64,000 nucleotides of DNA from Hydrolagus colliei (lineage: Eukaryota). The notes beneath the pieces are model-generated. The model was not told the DNA's origin. It was given only the letters and a program-made list of their open reading frames with translations, and searched no databases. Location: contig CM068771.1 of assembly GCA_035084275.1 (NCBI GenBank), forward strand, positions 5,394,001-5,458,000. Direction: 5' to 3'. A program made the translations under genes and the position numbers. Of this stretch, positions 12,301 through 22,620 are shown in pieces. Numbering within the stretch: the first letter of the stretch is position 1; every line of letters starts with the position of its first letter.

Positions 12301-15300
12301 ACCCTTATCACACGATTGAGACATTTCAAAGTGCATCATATAATGTAAAGTAATAATAATAATCCTTGCATTAGATATGGCGCTTTTCACATCTTCTGGA
12401 TGTCTCAAAGCGCTTCACAGAATATACTGTGAAGTAAATTGACTGAATTGTGTTGTCTACAGGACAATATTAACAATGGCAATAATACAGAGTCCCATAT
12501 CACATGCAGGAATAAAAAAAATTACTCTAAATATAATAATGTAATAAATATAACTATGAATGTACAATATAAATATATAAGAAATAATAATAAAATAATA
12601 ATCCTTGCATTTGATAAAGCTCTGCGTCACATCATCAAGGTGCTTCAAAACGCTTCACAGAATATACTGTAAAGTGAAATGACTGTTTATAAATAATAGA
12701 AGTAACAACATAAACTTATAAGATAATAAATAGAAATGTTGGAATATGATAAAAATGCAACAATATAATACAAATCTAATAATATAATATAACAATATAA
12801 TATAACAATATAAATGCTATATAAATAATATAATATAACAATATAACAATATAAATGCTATGCAAATATAATTATTTAATATAAGTAAATGTAAAATAAA
12901 TATAACAATTCAAAAATTAATACAAAATATGTAAAGGTCATATGAATAATATGAATAGTATATAAATATAAGTCAACATAAATACATGTAATAAAAATAT
13001 AATATCATATAAATAGAATAAATTAACCCAATTAAAAATCATATAATAGAGAAGATGAATTACCGTGATTTTGCCTGTTAAGGAATGTCAAGTGGTCGTG
13101 CGGACGTCCCATAAATTCCTCAGCATGGTTGATCAGTGCGTCCTTAACCATGTCATAACCTAACAGCACCACCACATCTTGTTGACCAAACCGTAGGGAA
13201 TATATACACCCATGTTTCTTTGATAGCTGGAAGGGACAAACGAGTATAATACTATAATAATAATACTTGCATTTGATATAGCGCTTTTCATGTCTTCTAG
13301 ACGTCTCAAAGCGCTTCACAGATTATGCTGTAGTTGACTGTATATTTGTGGGCGAAACGTGGCAGCCAATTGCACACAGCAATGTCCCACAAACAGTCGT
13401 GGATTGAATGACCAATTTATTATTGGGGGGGTTTTTGCGAGGGATTATTACCAGGCGTATGGAGTAAGGAAACTTGCCCAGGTTTCACCCCCTGCCTGGA
13501 ATCGAACCCAGGTCTCTTGCTTGCAAGGCAACTGCCCTGATTACCTAGCTACAAGACGCCACAACTGATATGTGAATCATTAAATGTGAGTTTTACTGGG
13601 AAATCCCTCTCGACCCAAACAAGGCTCGGACACACCATTGTAGATTTGATACAGAGCCTTTCACGTCGGCGGGGCATCTCAAAGCACTTCACAAGATAAC
13701 ATGTAAAGTGTAGTGACTGTGTGTTTTTACTGTCGAGGTGGGGCAGAACCATAGGCAAGTCTCTCCTTACTCCGCATGCCTCTGTTTGCCCAGCAGTATG
13801 TAGGAACCCGGTTGTTAGTCGATTGGTGGATCGCTTTCAGGGTGCAATGATCCCTCAGAAAAAAATACGGTCATTCAATATTTGTCAGATGATGCACAAC
13901 TGGCTGCCGTGATAGCTAGACCAGCGGTTCTCCACCAGGCGTACATGTACTCCAGGGGGTTACAAAATGACTTCCAGGGGCACCATCTGGAAATCAATTT
14001 ACAGGTGGCGGTAAATTGATTTATTTAGCTCTCTTATTTCGCATGTTACAGCCTTCCAAATTGTATATTTAATTGTTATTCCCCTTGTTTTGTATGTACT
14101 GCAGTTATTTTGTTATATAAGAAAAGCTTGATCATAAAATGCAAATGGAATGAGGTGTATGTGTGTGGTTGGGTGGGAGTACACGATAATGTTGAAAATT
14201 AATAAGCTGTACATTACTGAAAAAGGTTGAAAACCACTGGCTTAGACTATACTAAGTCCTGTAGCTTAGTGGTGACAGCACTTGCTTTACAAGCAAGAGA
14301 ACTGGGATCGATTCCAGCTAGGGTGAAAACTCAGGCAAGTTTCCTTACTCCACACGCATGACAATTATCTCTCCAACAGCAAAAATAAATTGGTCATTTC
14401 GATCCTCGACTGTTTGTGAGATGCCGCTGTAGACAATTGTCAGGGTGAACGAGGATTTGCCCTGCCTGGAATTGAACCCAGGTCTCTTGCTTGCGAGGCG
14501 AGTGCTCTAGCTGTGGAAGATTCACGTTTTTATGTCAACACAGTCAGAACAACAGAGCTACTTGTGGAGTACCAGAGACACAATACTTGTTCACTGATAA
14601 TTGGCGGAGCAGGGGAGGAAGGAGGAAGCAGACTGGTGTAAAGGGACACAATCAACTAACAACCATGTTCCTACTTACCGCTAGCCAAGGTTTACGGTAG
14701 GGTCCGTCGATATGGAAAATTTTCCGATTAGATATATCGATGGGCTCATATCGAGATATACCAAAATATCGATATTTTCAGGTTTTTCGTACTGCGCGTG
14801 CATCCCGGGTGCGCGCGCATTCGGGGACTATCTTCTCAGGGGGTAAATATCTTCTCTCTCTGTGTCTCTCACTCTCTCCATCTCTGTGTTTTCTGTCTGT
14901 GTGTCTCTTGTGTCAATCTCCCTCTCTCCTCTCTCACATCCCCCCCATCTCTATCTGTCTGTATATTATCACATCCATCCCGTTTCTCCCCCCCCCCCCC
15001 CCCCCGCCGTCCCTCTCTCGCACCCCCCACGCCCGTCGTCTCTCTCCTCCACCACCCCCCCAGCCGTCTCTTTCTCCCTCCCCCCCAGCCGTCTCTTTCT
15101 CCCTCCCCCCCGCCGTCTCTCTCCCCCTCCCCCCCCCCAGCCGTCTCTCTCACACCCCCAGCCGTCTTTCTCCCCCCAGCCGTCTCTCTCCCCCTCCCCC
15201 CAGCCGTCTCTCTCCCCCTCCCCCCAGCCGTCTCTCTCCCCCTCTCCTCCCCCCCCAGCCATCTCTCCCCCTCCCCCCAGCCGTCTCTCTACCCCCCGAG

Positions 15301-18206
15301 CCGTCTCTCTCCCCCTCTCCCCCCCCCCCCCCCAGCCGTCTCTCTCCTCTCTCCCCCTCTCCTCCCCCCCCAGCCGTCTCTTTCTCCCTCCCCTCCCCCC
15401 CGCCGTCTCTCTCCCCTCTCCCCCCCCCCCCCAGCCGTCTCTTTCCCCCTCCCCCCCAGCCGTCTCTCTCCCCCTCTCCCCAGCCGTCTCTCTCCCCCTC
15501 TCCCCCCCCCAGCCGTCTCTCTCCCCCTCTCCCCCCCCCCCAGCCGTCTATCTCCCCCTCCCCAGCCGACTCTCTCCCCCTCCCCCCAGCCGTCTCTCTC
15601 CCCCTCATCCCCCCCAGCAGTCTCTCACCCCCCCACCCCCAGCCGTCTCTCTCACCCCCCCAGCCCTTGTATACCTGTATATTGTATTCGAGGACTGTGA
15701 ATACAATATGGCGGCTTTGCACCTCGGTCTGTGCATTGTGTATAGAGATGAGCATTCTGGGTCTTGTAGTTCAGTGTGCTCGCATCCCGATTTTTACTTC
15801 GATATATTGTTTTTTCGATATATCGATATTTTCAAAATGTCTATATCGGCATATCGATGTGGGAATTATATCGGGTTTATCGATATATCGCCGGACCCTA
15901 GTTTACGGTACACTATAATCCTCCTTGCATTTGATTTAGCGCTTTTCACATCTTCCAGACGTCTCAAAGCACTTTACGGAATATGCTGTAAAGTGAATGG
16001 ACTGTATATTTGTGGATGAAATGCAGCAGCCAATTGCGTACAGCAGGGTCTCACAGACAGTGGTGGATTGAAATTTTATTATAGATTTTTTTTTGAGGGA
16101 TTATTATTAGGTGTGTATGTGAGTAAGGTAACTTGCCAAGGTTTCGCCCTGACGTGCCTAGATTCGAAACATGGATCTCATGCTCGTAAGGCGACAGATC
16201 TAATCAGTGAGCCAGAGGACAGTTCGAACTATTAAAATATCAAAATCATAGAGTAACAAACTGCGAATTCTGCGGGGAAAGTCACAGTTCTCGGTGATTC
16301 ATCAAAATAACAATCGAGATTTCTCAAAGCACTTCATGGAATACACACTGGAAAGTGTAGTGACTGTATTTTGTGGGGGAAACGTAGCAGCCAATTGCGC
16401 ATCATAGTATCCCACAAACAGTCGGGGATCAAGTGAACAAATTATCCTTTTTTTTCCTAAAAGGGATTACCCGTAAATACCCGCGTATAAGGCGCACCCC
16501 CCACTTTTGACCTTTTCTTGGTGAAAAAAAATGGAAGCATTTTCGATGATATTGCTGGCAGAAGGGAGGGAGGCAGGAGAGACAGGTAGGTAGGGAGGGA
16601 GAGAGGGAGGCAGGCAGGGAAGGAGAGAGAAAGGGAGGGAAAGAGGCAGGCAGGTAGCCAGGGAGGGAGTGAGAGAGAGAGGGAAAGAGGCAGGCAGGTA
16701 GCCAGTGAGGGAGGGAGAGAGGCAGGCAGGCAGCCAGGGAGGGAGAGAGAGAGAGAGGGAAAGAGGCAGGCAGGTAGCCAGGGAGGGAGTGAGAGAGGAG
16801 AGGGAGGGAAGCAGGCAGGGAGGGAGGGAAGCCGGCAGGGAGGGAGAGAGAGAGGGGGAGGCAGNNNNNNNNNNNNNNNNNNNNNNNNNNNNNNNNNNNN
16901 NNNNNNNNNNNNNNNNNNNNNNNNNNNNNNNNNNNNNNNNNNNNNNNNNNNNNNNNNNNNNNNNNNNNNNNNNNNNNNNNNNNNNNNNNNNNNNNNNNNN
17001 NNNNNNNNNNNNNNNNNNNNNNNNNNNNNNNNNNNNNNNNNNNNNNNNNNNNNNNNNNNNNNNNNNNNNNNNNNNNNNNNNNNNNNNNNNNNNNNNNNNN
17101 NNNNNNNNNNNNNNNNNNNNNNNNNNNNNNNNNNNNNNNNNNNNNNNNNNNAGAGAGGCAGGGAGGGAGAGAGAGAGGGGGAGGCAGGCAGGGAGAGAGA
17201 GGGGGGAGGCAGGCAGGGAGGCAGGGAGGGAGAGAAGGAGAGAGGCAAGGAGGGAGGGAGAGAGAGAGGGCGAGGCAGGCAGGGAGAGAGGCAGGGAGGG
17301 AGAGAGAGAGGGGGAGGCAGGCAGGAGGCAGGCAGGGAGGGAGAGAAGGAGAGAGGCAAGCAGGGAGGGAGAGAGAGAGGGGGGGAGGCAGGCAGGGAGA
17401 GAGGCAGGGAGGGAGAGAGAGAGGGGGAGGCAGGCAGGGAGAGAGAGGGGGAGGCAGGGAGGCAGGCAGGGAGAGAGAGAGAGAGGGGGAGGCAGGGAGG
17501 CAGGCAGGGAGAGAGAGGGGGAGGCAGGCAGGGAGAGAGAGGGGGAGGCAGGCAGGGAGGGAGGCAGGAGAGGGAGTGAGGCAGGCAGACTGGGTTTGGC
17601 AGAAGGCAGGCAGCAGGCTCAGCACTGAAGTCCGCTGCTGCTGCCCGGGCGGCCGAGGCCGAAGCCCCGTCACCCGCTCCCCCCCCCCCCCCCAACCCCC
17701 GCCGGACATTGACCAAACCCCGGCTGACAGCGCGCCGGCCGCCCCTCCTGTTTACTGTATTTCCGAGGCTCAACATTTCCGACATGCAAAAAAGTGCGCT
17801 TTATACGGTGCGGGTATTTACGGTGTTACCCCGGAAAGCAATCTGCAAATCCACTAACAGGTCGCTACTTGTAGCTAAAGAGAGGTGTGTGTGTGTGTGT
17901 GTGTGTGGAGTAAGGAAAGTTGGCTGTGGTTTCACCCTGACCTGCCCGGGAATAGAACCCCGAATCCTCTCGCTTGCAAGGTGAGCGCTCTAACCACCAG
18001 CCCTCCACTCACCTGCATCAAGGATTTGTGTAGGCTGTTGAGTTTGACCTGGTGGAGATTACCGATGAAGGGCAGTCCAGCGGGGCCAGCGGGGAAACGG
18101 GATCAGTTTTGCGTCCGGACACCAGGTAGATGAGAAGAACGACAACCAGCGAGCAGAGGAACAGGGCAGTGATGAAGTCAACAGCCGGCAAAGCAAACAG
18201 AGCCAT
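3217..18206 (-). CDS. Cytochrome P450 family 2 gene (CYP2K/2W-like), 9 exons, ~498 aa if the exon-1 frameshift is corrected
   Basis: Exons 18013-18206, 13064-13226, 11807-11956, 9113-9273, 7402-7578, 6000-6141, 4381-4568, 3977-4118, 3217-3395. Exons 2-8 have the canonical CYP2 sizes 163/150/161/177/142/188/142 and consistent GT-AG phases. Motifs AGMETT (I helix), ETQR (ExxR), PSHF and FSAGRRACAG (heme Cys). Confidence 0.95.
3977..4118 (-). CDS. CYP2 exon 8
   Basis: [47 protein letters not shown]; 142 nt. Confidence 0.95.
4381..4568 (-). CDS. CYP2 exon 7
   Basis: [11 protein letters not shown]...[19 protein letters not shown]...GYFIPK; 188 nt. Confidence 0.95.
6000..6141 (-). CDS. CYP2 exon 6 (I helix)
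   Basis: [47 protein letters not shown]; 142 nt. Confidence 0.95.
6180..6900 (-). mobile_element. L2 LINE fragment, degraded
   Basis: [11 protein letters not shown] and ...[10 protein letters not shown]...LFDRAF motifs; (TTG)n tail at ~6185. Confidence 0.7.
7402..7578 (-). CDS. CYP2 exon 5
   Basis: [22 protein letters not shown]...[11 protein letters not shown]; 177 nt. Confidence 0.93.
9113..9273 (-). CDS. CYP2 exon 4
   Basis: [31 protein letters not shown]...CQTVQ; 161 nt. Confidence 0.95.
10330..11030 (+). mobile_element. CR1 LINE reverse-transcriptase fragment, degraded
   Basis: [11 protein letters not shown]...MDF...[25 protein letters not shown], with frameshifts. Confidence 0.8.
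11807..11956 (-). CDS. CYP2 exon 3
   Basis: [39 protein letters not shown]...; 150 nt. Confidence 0.95.
12470..13030. repeat. AT-rich low-complexity tract (AATATA/ACAATATA-like)
   Basis: Almost pure A/T with short reiterated motifs. Confidence 0.8.
13064..13226 (-). CDS. CYP2 exon 2
   Basis: [42 protein letters not shown]...; 163 nt. Confidence 0.95.
13922..14239. mobile_element. hAT (Charlie-type) MITE
   Basis: Imperfect TIRs CAGCGGTTCTCCACC / CAGTGGTTTTCAACC; degenerate 8-bp flanks AGCTAGAC / GCTTAGAC. Confidence 0.65.
14698..15900. mobile_element. Non-autonomous hAT element with internal minisatellite
   Basis: 16-bp TIR TAGGGTCCG(T/G)CGATAT with one mismatch; perfect 8-bp TSD GTTTACGG at 14690-14697 and 15901-15908; subterminal ATCGAT/GATATATCG reiterations. 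Confidence 0.9.
14980..15660. repeat. Pyrimidine-rich minisatellite (CCCCAGCCGTCTCTCTCCCC)n
   Basis: Tandem units of ~20-30 bp with variable C runs. Confidence 0.9.
16471..17823. mobile_element. Non-autonomous Tc1/mariner (Tc2/pogo-like) element with internal GA-rich repeat
   Basis: TIR CCGTAAATACCCGC is perfect for 14 bp and continues as GTATAA(G/A)GCGCAC. It interrupts a SINE whose halves rejoin across it. The TA target site is degenerate. Confidence 0.75.
16560..17600. repeat. (GAGAGGCAGGCAGGGA)-type purine-rich repeat containing an assembly gap
   Basis: Tandem AGGC/AGGG/AG mosaic; N run at 16865-17151. Confidence 0.9.
18013..18206 (-). CDS. CYP2 exon 1 (membrane anchor and proline-rich hinge), -1 frameshift
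   Basis: [35 protein letters not shown], then in a shifted frame [29 protein letters not shown]|gtgagt. Length is 194 nt where 195 is needed. Confidence 0.9.
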
Positions 18207-18299
18207 TGTGGGCGAGCAGGGTTGGGAGCTTAACTCAGTCTTACACTTACACCATCAGGGCTGCTCTCTGTCTCTGAGCGTGAATTCCCACTTGCTCAG

Positions 18300-18322
18300 T
18301 TTATAATGACGTGCTCACGTGA
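18300..18322 (-). promoter_or_regulatory. Candidate CYP2 core promoter: TATA box with adjacent TGACGT and TCACGTGA
   Basis: TATAAA (minus) at 18300-18305, ~94 nt upstream of the ATG; TGACGT at 18307-18312; TCACGTGA at 18315-18322. Confidence 0.5.
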
Positions 18323-19469
18323 CAAAACTCCCTCTATCTGCCCCTTGTACACACTGACAGTCAAATCAGTTGGCACGGCACTTATACAAATATGTGCAAT
18401 TGACAAAGGTAATTTGTGCTTTCACAAGTGCCCTTGAAACAGAGTAGTTATTATAGGAATTTAATACAGCACCTAATACTCCCTCAAAAATACACCACAA
18501 TAATAAAATTGGTCATTTCAATCCACGACTGTTTGTGGAACACTGCTGTGCGCAATTGGCTGCCGCGTCTCGCCCGCAAAATGCGCTTGACGCTGTATCC
18601 TGTAAAGTATTTTGAGACGTCTATATCAAATGCAAGAATGATTATTATTATTATTGTGTTCTTACCAAACAATGAGTATTCCTTTGGTCGAATTGAATGC
18701 ACAGCATTCGTTTGTACTGTATTATTGTCTCGGGTTTCACCTCTGGCATGCAACAAAGTGCAAAAGTGCAAAGGCACACATATTGAACAGACTATGAGTT
18801 AATTAACTGCAACAATGCAATAAAAATGTAGGTGAAAGTGGTTAACTGAGCAAATTGTACAATCAAGCTCTCAAATGTCGGACAAAGTTTCAACAAATCA
18901 ACAAGATAGAAGGTTGCACTCTCCTACAGAAAACCATCAACCCATTTTACGGTAGAGTCCTATAGCTCAGTGGTTAGAGCACTTGTCTCCTAAAACTAAA
19001 TACCTGGTTTCAATTCACAGGAAAGTTGAAACTTTACGCAAGTGTCCTTACTCGTCGACCCTCTTTACTCTAGCAGTAAGTAGGAAATTGGCTGAGAGTC
19101 AATTTGCAGAATGTTTTCCCGCTGTAATATTCCACTCAATCAATGTGTTTGTGGGACACTGGCAGCCATGTTTTGCTCACAAAATATACAGTCAAAGTTC
19201 TGTTGAAGACTTTTAGTCTGGGTTTAATTCACAGGCCAGTGTCCTTACTCATCGCCCCTCTGTTTACCTAGCAGTGAGTAGGCAACTAGTTGATAGTCAA
19301 TTGGCAGATTGCTTTCCAGGAGTAATATTCCACTCAATTCACAAATGTTTGTGGGACACTGCTCTGTGCAATTGGCTACCATGTTTTTCCACAAAATATA
19401 GTCAATAATGTTACAGTTGTGATCAAGCACTCTGAGATGCCATACAGCATGGAGGCCACTATATAAATC

Positions 19470-20145
19470 CAATTTGTTGTTGTTGCTGCTGAAGGTTTTA
19501 GGAGGCCTGCAGTGTGAGACAGTAGGGGAGCTGGACATTGTTGCAGAGGTGGGGAAGGCAGAATGGGTCATGGCACGGATGTGGGGTAGAAGGCTGGTTG
19601 AGGGTCAAACAAAACACCAAGGTTCCAACTGGCTTAGTAAGATCGAGTATACATCCATGGATGATGTTGCTGGTAGTGTCTGAGATGTGGAGGCACTGAA
19701 GGGAGCCTATCAGGTGGGCCTCAGTCTTGTTGACATTCAACTGAAAAAAGTTAGTTCTCATCCAGGACTTGAAGTTGGACAGACATTCTGTTAGGACAAC
19801 AACAACAGCAGCATTACACTTGTAATAGAGCTTTTCACGTCAGGCAGACATCCCCAACAGCAACGGTCATAGAGTCAAGGGCAGGGGCAGAGAGACACAG
19901 TTATGTGTCATTCGCGGACCTGTGGACATTGACCTGATGATATTGAAGAAGAGCAGGGGCCTAAGGACAGAACCCTGAGGAAGGGCGCACAAAACCAGGT
20001 AAGGGCTAAAGGAGAAACTGTTTGTGGCGCTGAAGTGGAGGCAGGATGAGAGATGGGATCTGAATCATTCAAGGACAGCAATGCGAAGGTTGAGGTGAGA
20101 GGATAGGCAGTGGATGAGGATAGATTGAACAATGGCGTCAAAAGC
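19470..20145 (-). mobile_element. L2 LINE RT-region fragment, degraded
   Basis: FFQLNVNKTEAHLIGS and VLSLGP (PQGSVLGP-like) remnants. Confidence 0.65.
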
Positions 20146-21065
20146 AGCGGAGAGGTGAGTCTGTAGCTCAGTGGTTAGAGCACCTGCCTTGCAAGTGAGA
20201 TACCTGGGCTTTATTGCCAGTAGGAAAAAACTTTGGGCAAGTTTCCTTACTCTATGTGCCTAATCTCTCAAAAAAAAATTTGGCATTTCAATCCAGGACT
20301 GCTATGCACAATTAATTGGTTGCCACATCTCACCCACAAATATACAGTCAATTCACTTTACAGTATATTCTATGAAGCTCTTTGATATATCTAGAAGATG
20401 TTATATCAAAATGCAAGGTTTGCTGTTAATATTAAGTGCAAGGATTTACAAATTAGTCATGTAGTGAATAGACAATTATTCGTGATAATGCAATAAAATT
20501 GTGGGTAATAATAATCCTTGCATTTGATATAACGCTTTTCACATCTTATCAATGTCTCCAAGCACTTCACAGAATATACTGCACAGTGAATTGACTATAT
20601 TTGCGGCCAAAACGTGGCAGCCAATTGCGCACGGCAGTGTCCCACAAACAGTCATGAATTGAAATTACTAACTTTTATTATATTTTTTGGGAGGGATTAT
20701 CAGACATGTGGAGTTAAGAAACTTGTCAAGGTATCCCGTGATCTGCCTGGATTTGAACGCAGGTCTCACGCTAATCAGGTAAGCGCTCTAACCACTGAGC
20801 CACAGGACAGACACATCAAGGCTGGGCACAGCAAATAATTGTACAATCAAGCTCTCAAATGTCGGTCAAAGTTCCGGTAAAACAAATAATATAGAAGGTC
20901 TCTCACCTACAGAACACCAGCATCTCACTGTACAGTGAAGTTCCCAAGTTGACCACTCGCCTCGCAAGTGAGAGAATCCAGAAACTGGTTGATAGTCGAT
21001 TGGCAGATTGTTTTCCAGGAATAATATTGCCACCCCCCAAAAAATAAATTGGGGCACTTTGTGTA

Positions 21066-21265
21066 NNNNNNNNNNNNNNNNNNNNNNNNNNNNNNNNNNN
21101 NNNNNNNNNNNNNNNNNNNNNNNNNNNNNNNNNNNNNNNNNNNNNNNNNNNNNNNNNNNNNNNNNNNNNNNNNNNNNNNNNNNNNNNNNNNNNNNNNNNN
21201 NNNNNNNNNNNNNNNNNNNNNNNNNNNNNNNNNNNNNNNNNNNNNNNNNNNNNNNNNNNNNNNNN
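21066..21265. other. Assembly gap (200 N)
   Basis: N run flanked by SINE fragments in opposite orientations. Confidence 0.99.
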
Positions 21266-21542
21266 TTGTTGTTTGTTTGAAACGCGGGTAGCAAATTGCG
21301 CACAGCAAGTATCCAACAAACCAAGTGGACTGAGTCACACAATTTGGTTTTAAAAATGCCCAAAGATAGCGATCGTCAATCGATTAACAAGCAGGTTCCC
21401 TACTTCCTGCTTAGTAAACACTACCCTAGGGCAGTCTGGAGAACTCCAGTTCGTCTTTCACCTCCTCGACAGTGAAAATCACATGTCACGTCCCAAACTA
21501 TATACTATATCCCACGATATTTCCTATTGGAAATCTTTCTAC

Positions 21543-21870
21543 GTGGAGTCCTGAAGCTCAGTGCCTTGAGCACTCACCTTACAAGTGAGTGCTTGAGACC
21601 TGTGTTTGAATCTGGGCAGGTCAGGGCAAAACCTTGAGCACGTTTCCTTACTCTATACGCCTAATAATAATCCCTAAAAAAAACCCAATAATAAACTTGG
21701 TCATTTCAACCCACGACTGTTTATGGGACACCACTGTGCGCAATTGGCTGCCAAGTTTCACTTACAAATTTACAATCAATTCACTTTACAGTATATTCTG
21801 TGAACCACTTTGACACGTCTAGAAGCCATGAAAAGAACTATATCAAATGCAAGGATTATTATTATTATCT
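21543..21870 (+). mobile_element. tRNA-derived SINE (representative copy)
   Basis: Head GGAGTCCTG.AGCTCAGT..., body CACGACTGTTT.TGGGACAC..CTGTGCGCAATTGGCTGCC, tail AAATGCAAGG(ATT)n. Confidence 0.85.
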
Positions 21871-21958
21871 AATTTGCCCATTTTATTTCTGACTAATCTC
21901 GGTTCCTTTTCTTTGACATTGACAACAGTTTGTGTTTGGTAAAGTTTTTAAACCAAGG

Positions 21959-21964
21959 TTTATT
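21959..21964 (-). terminator. Putative GPANK1 polyA signal
   Basis: AATAAA on the minus strand ~200 nt after the stop; a second one at 21882-21887. Confidence 0.5.
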
Positions 21965-22167
21965 ACATAAACATATTGCGCATGGAATCCAAACAGAGGA
22001 CCCTCTTCTCATGCCCAGCACCAGATTCCAAGCCCATAACCTCACACAGCACCACAAGGAAGCTTTACATTTGTATACACTACAAGTTAGAAACAGAGCC
22101 AGAAATACCAGCCAGAGAGTGAGAAGCATGTAAAGAAATTTGCCTATGGTTTAGTTGAGGCTAGAAA

Positions 22168-22620
22168 TCAAAGGTTCATGTACGTCCTCAAGTCTCTCTC
22201 CCATGCCCTCTCTTTTGTCTCCTTCCTCCTCTCTTCCCTCCTGCTCACTGTAGCCACTCTCTTCACTCGAACAGGCAGGCCCTCCGTCCCCTTCACTGCT
22301 CCTTCATCACCAGCATCAAAGTGTGTCACCTTTGCCTTCAAGTCACTCTGAAATCCCAGCCCCCTCTGATCTCTTTCAGGACAGTCTTGACGGGGAATTT
22401 TTGCCCCGTCCCCTCTGGCCCAAGCCCCTTCTCCCTATCCCAGCCCCCCCGCAGCATCATTTTGAAGCCGCGGTTAGTCTCCGGGATGAAGTAGTAAGTG
22501 GGGGCGGGAGGGTTCCTCGTGTTGAACAGGTGAAGTGTGGATCTCTCGTGCTCTCTGACGCTGGCCTCCTCGTATTCCACCTCACAAACCAGACAGAATT
22601 TCTTCTCCTTCGGTCTCTCC
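22168..22620 (-). CDS. GPANK1: GPANK1 last coding exon (G-patch), -1 frameshift at 22374-22376
   Basis: Phase-2 acceptor caacag|G. TVLK then, after adding one A, RDQRGLGFQSDLKAKVTHF...RAWERDLRTYMNL*. Confidence 0.92.

Noticed and set aside
14740-17785. Pro/Ser/Leu-rich ORFs of 200-440 aa
   Set aside because: Translations of the simple repeats inside the two DNA transposons; some run through N gaps.
3217-18206. Calling the P450 CYP21 because of the MHC context
   Set aside because: Exon number, exon sizes and motifs are diagnostic of CYP2.
20990-21350. Something hidden in the 200-N gap
   Set aside because: The gap is flanked by converging inverted SINE halves, which would explain a sequencing drop-out; nothing else can be inferred.
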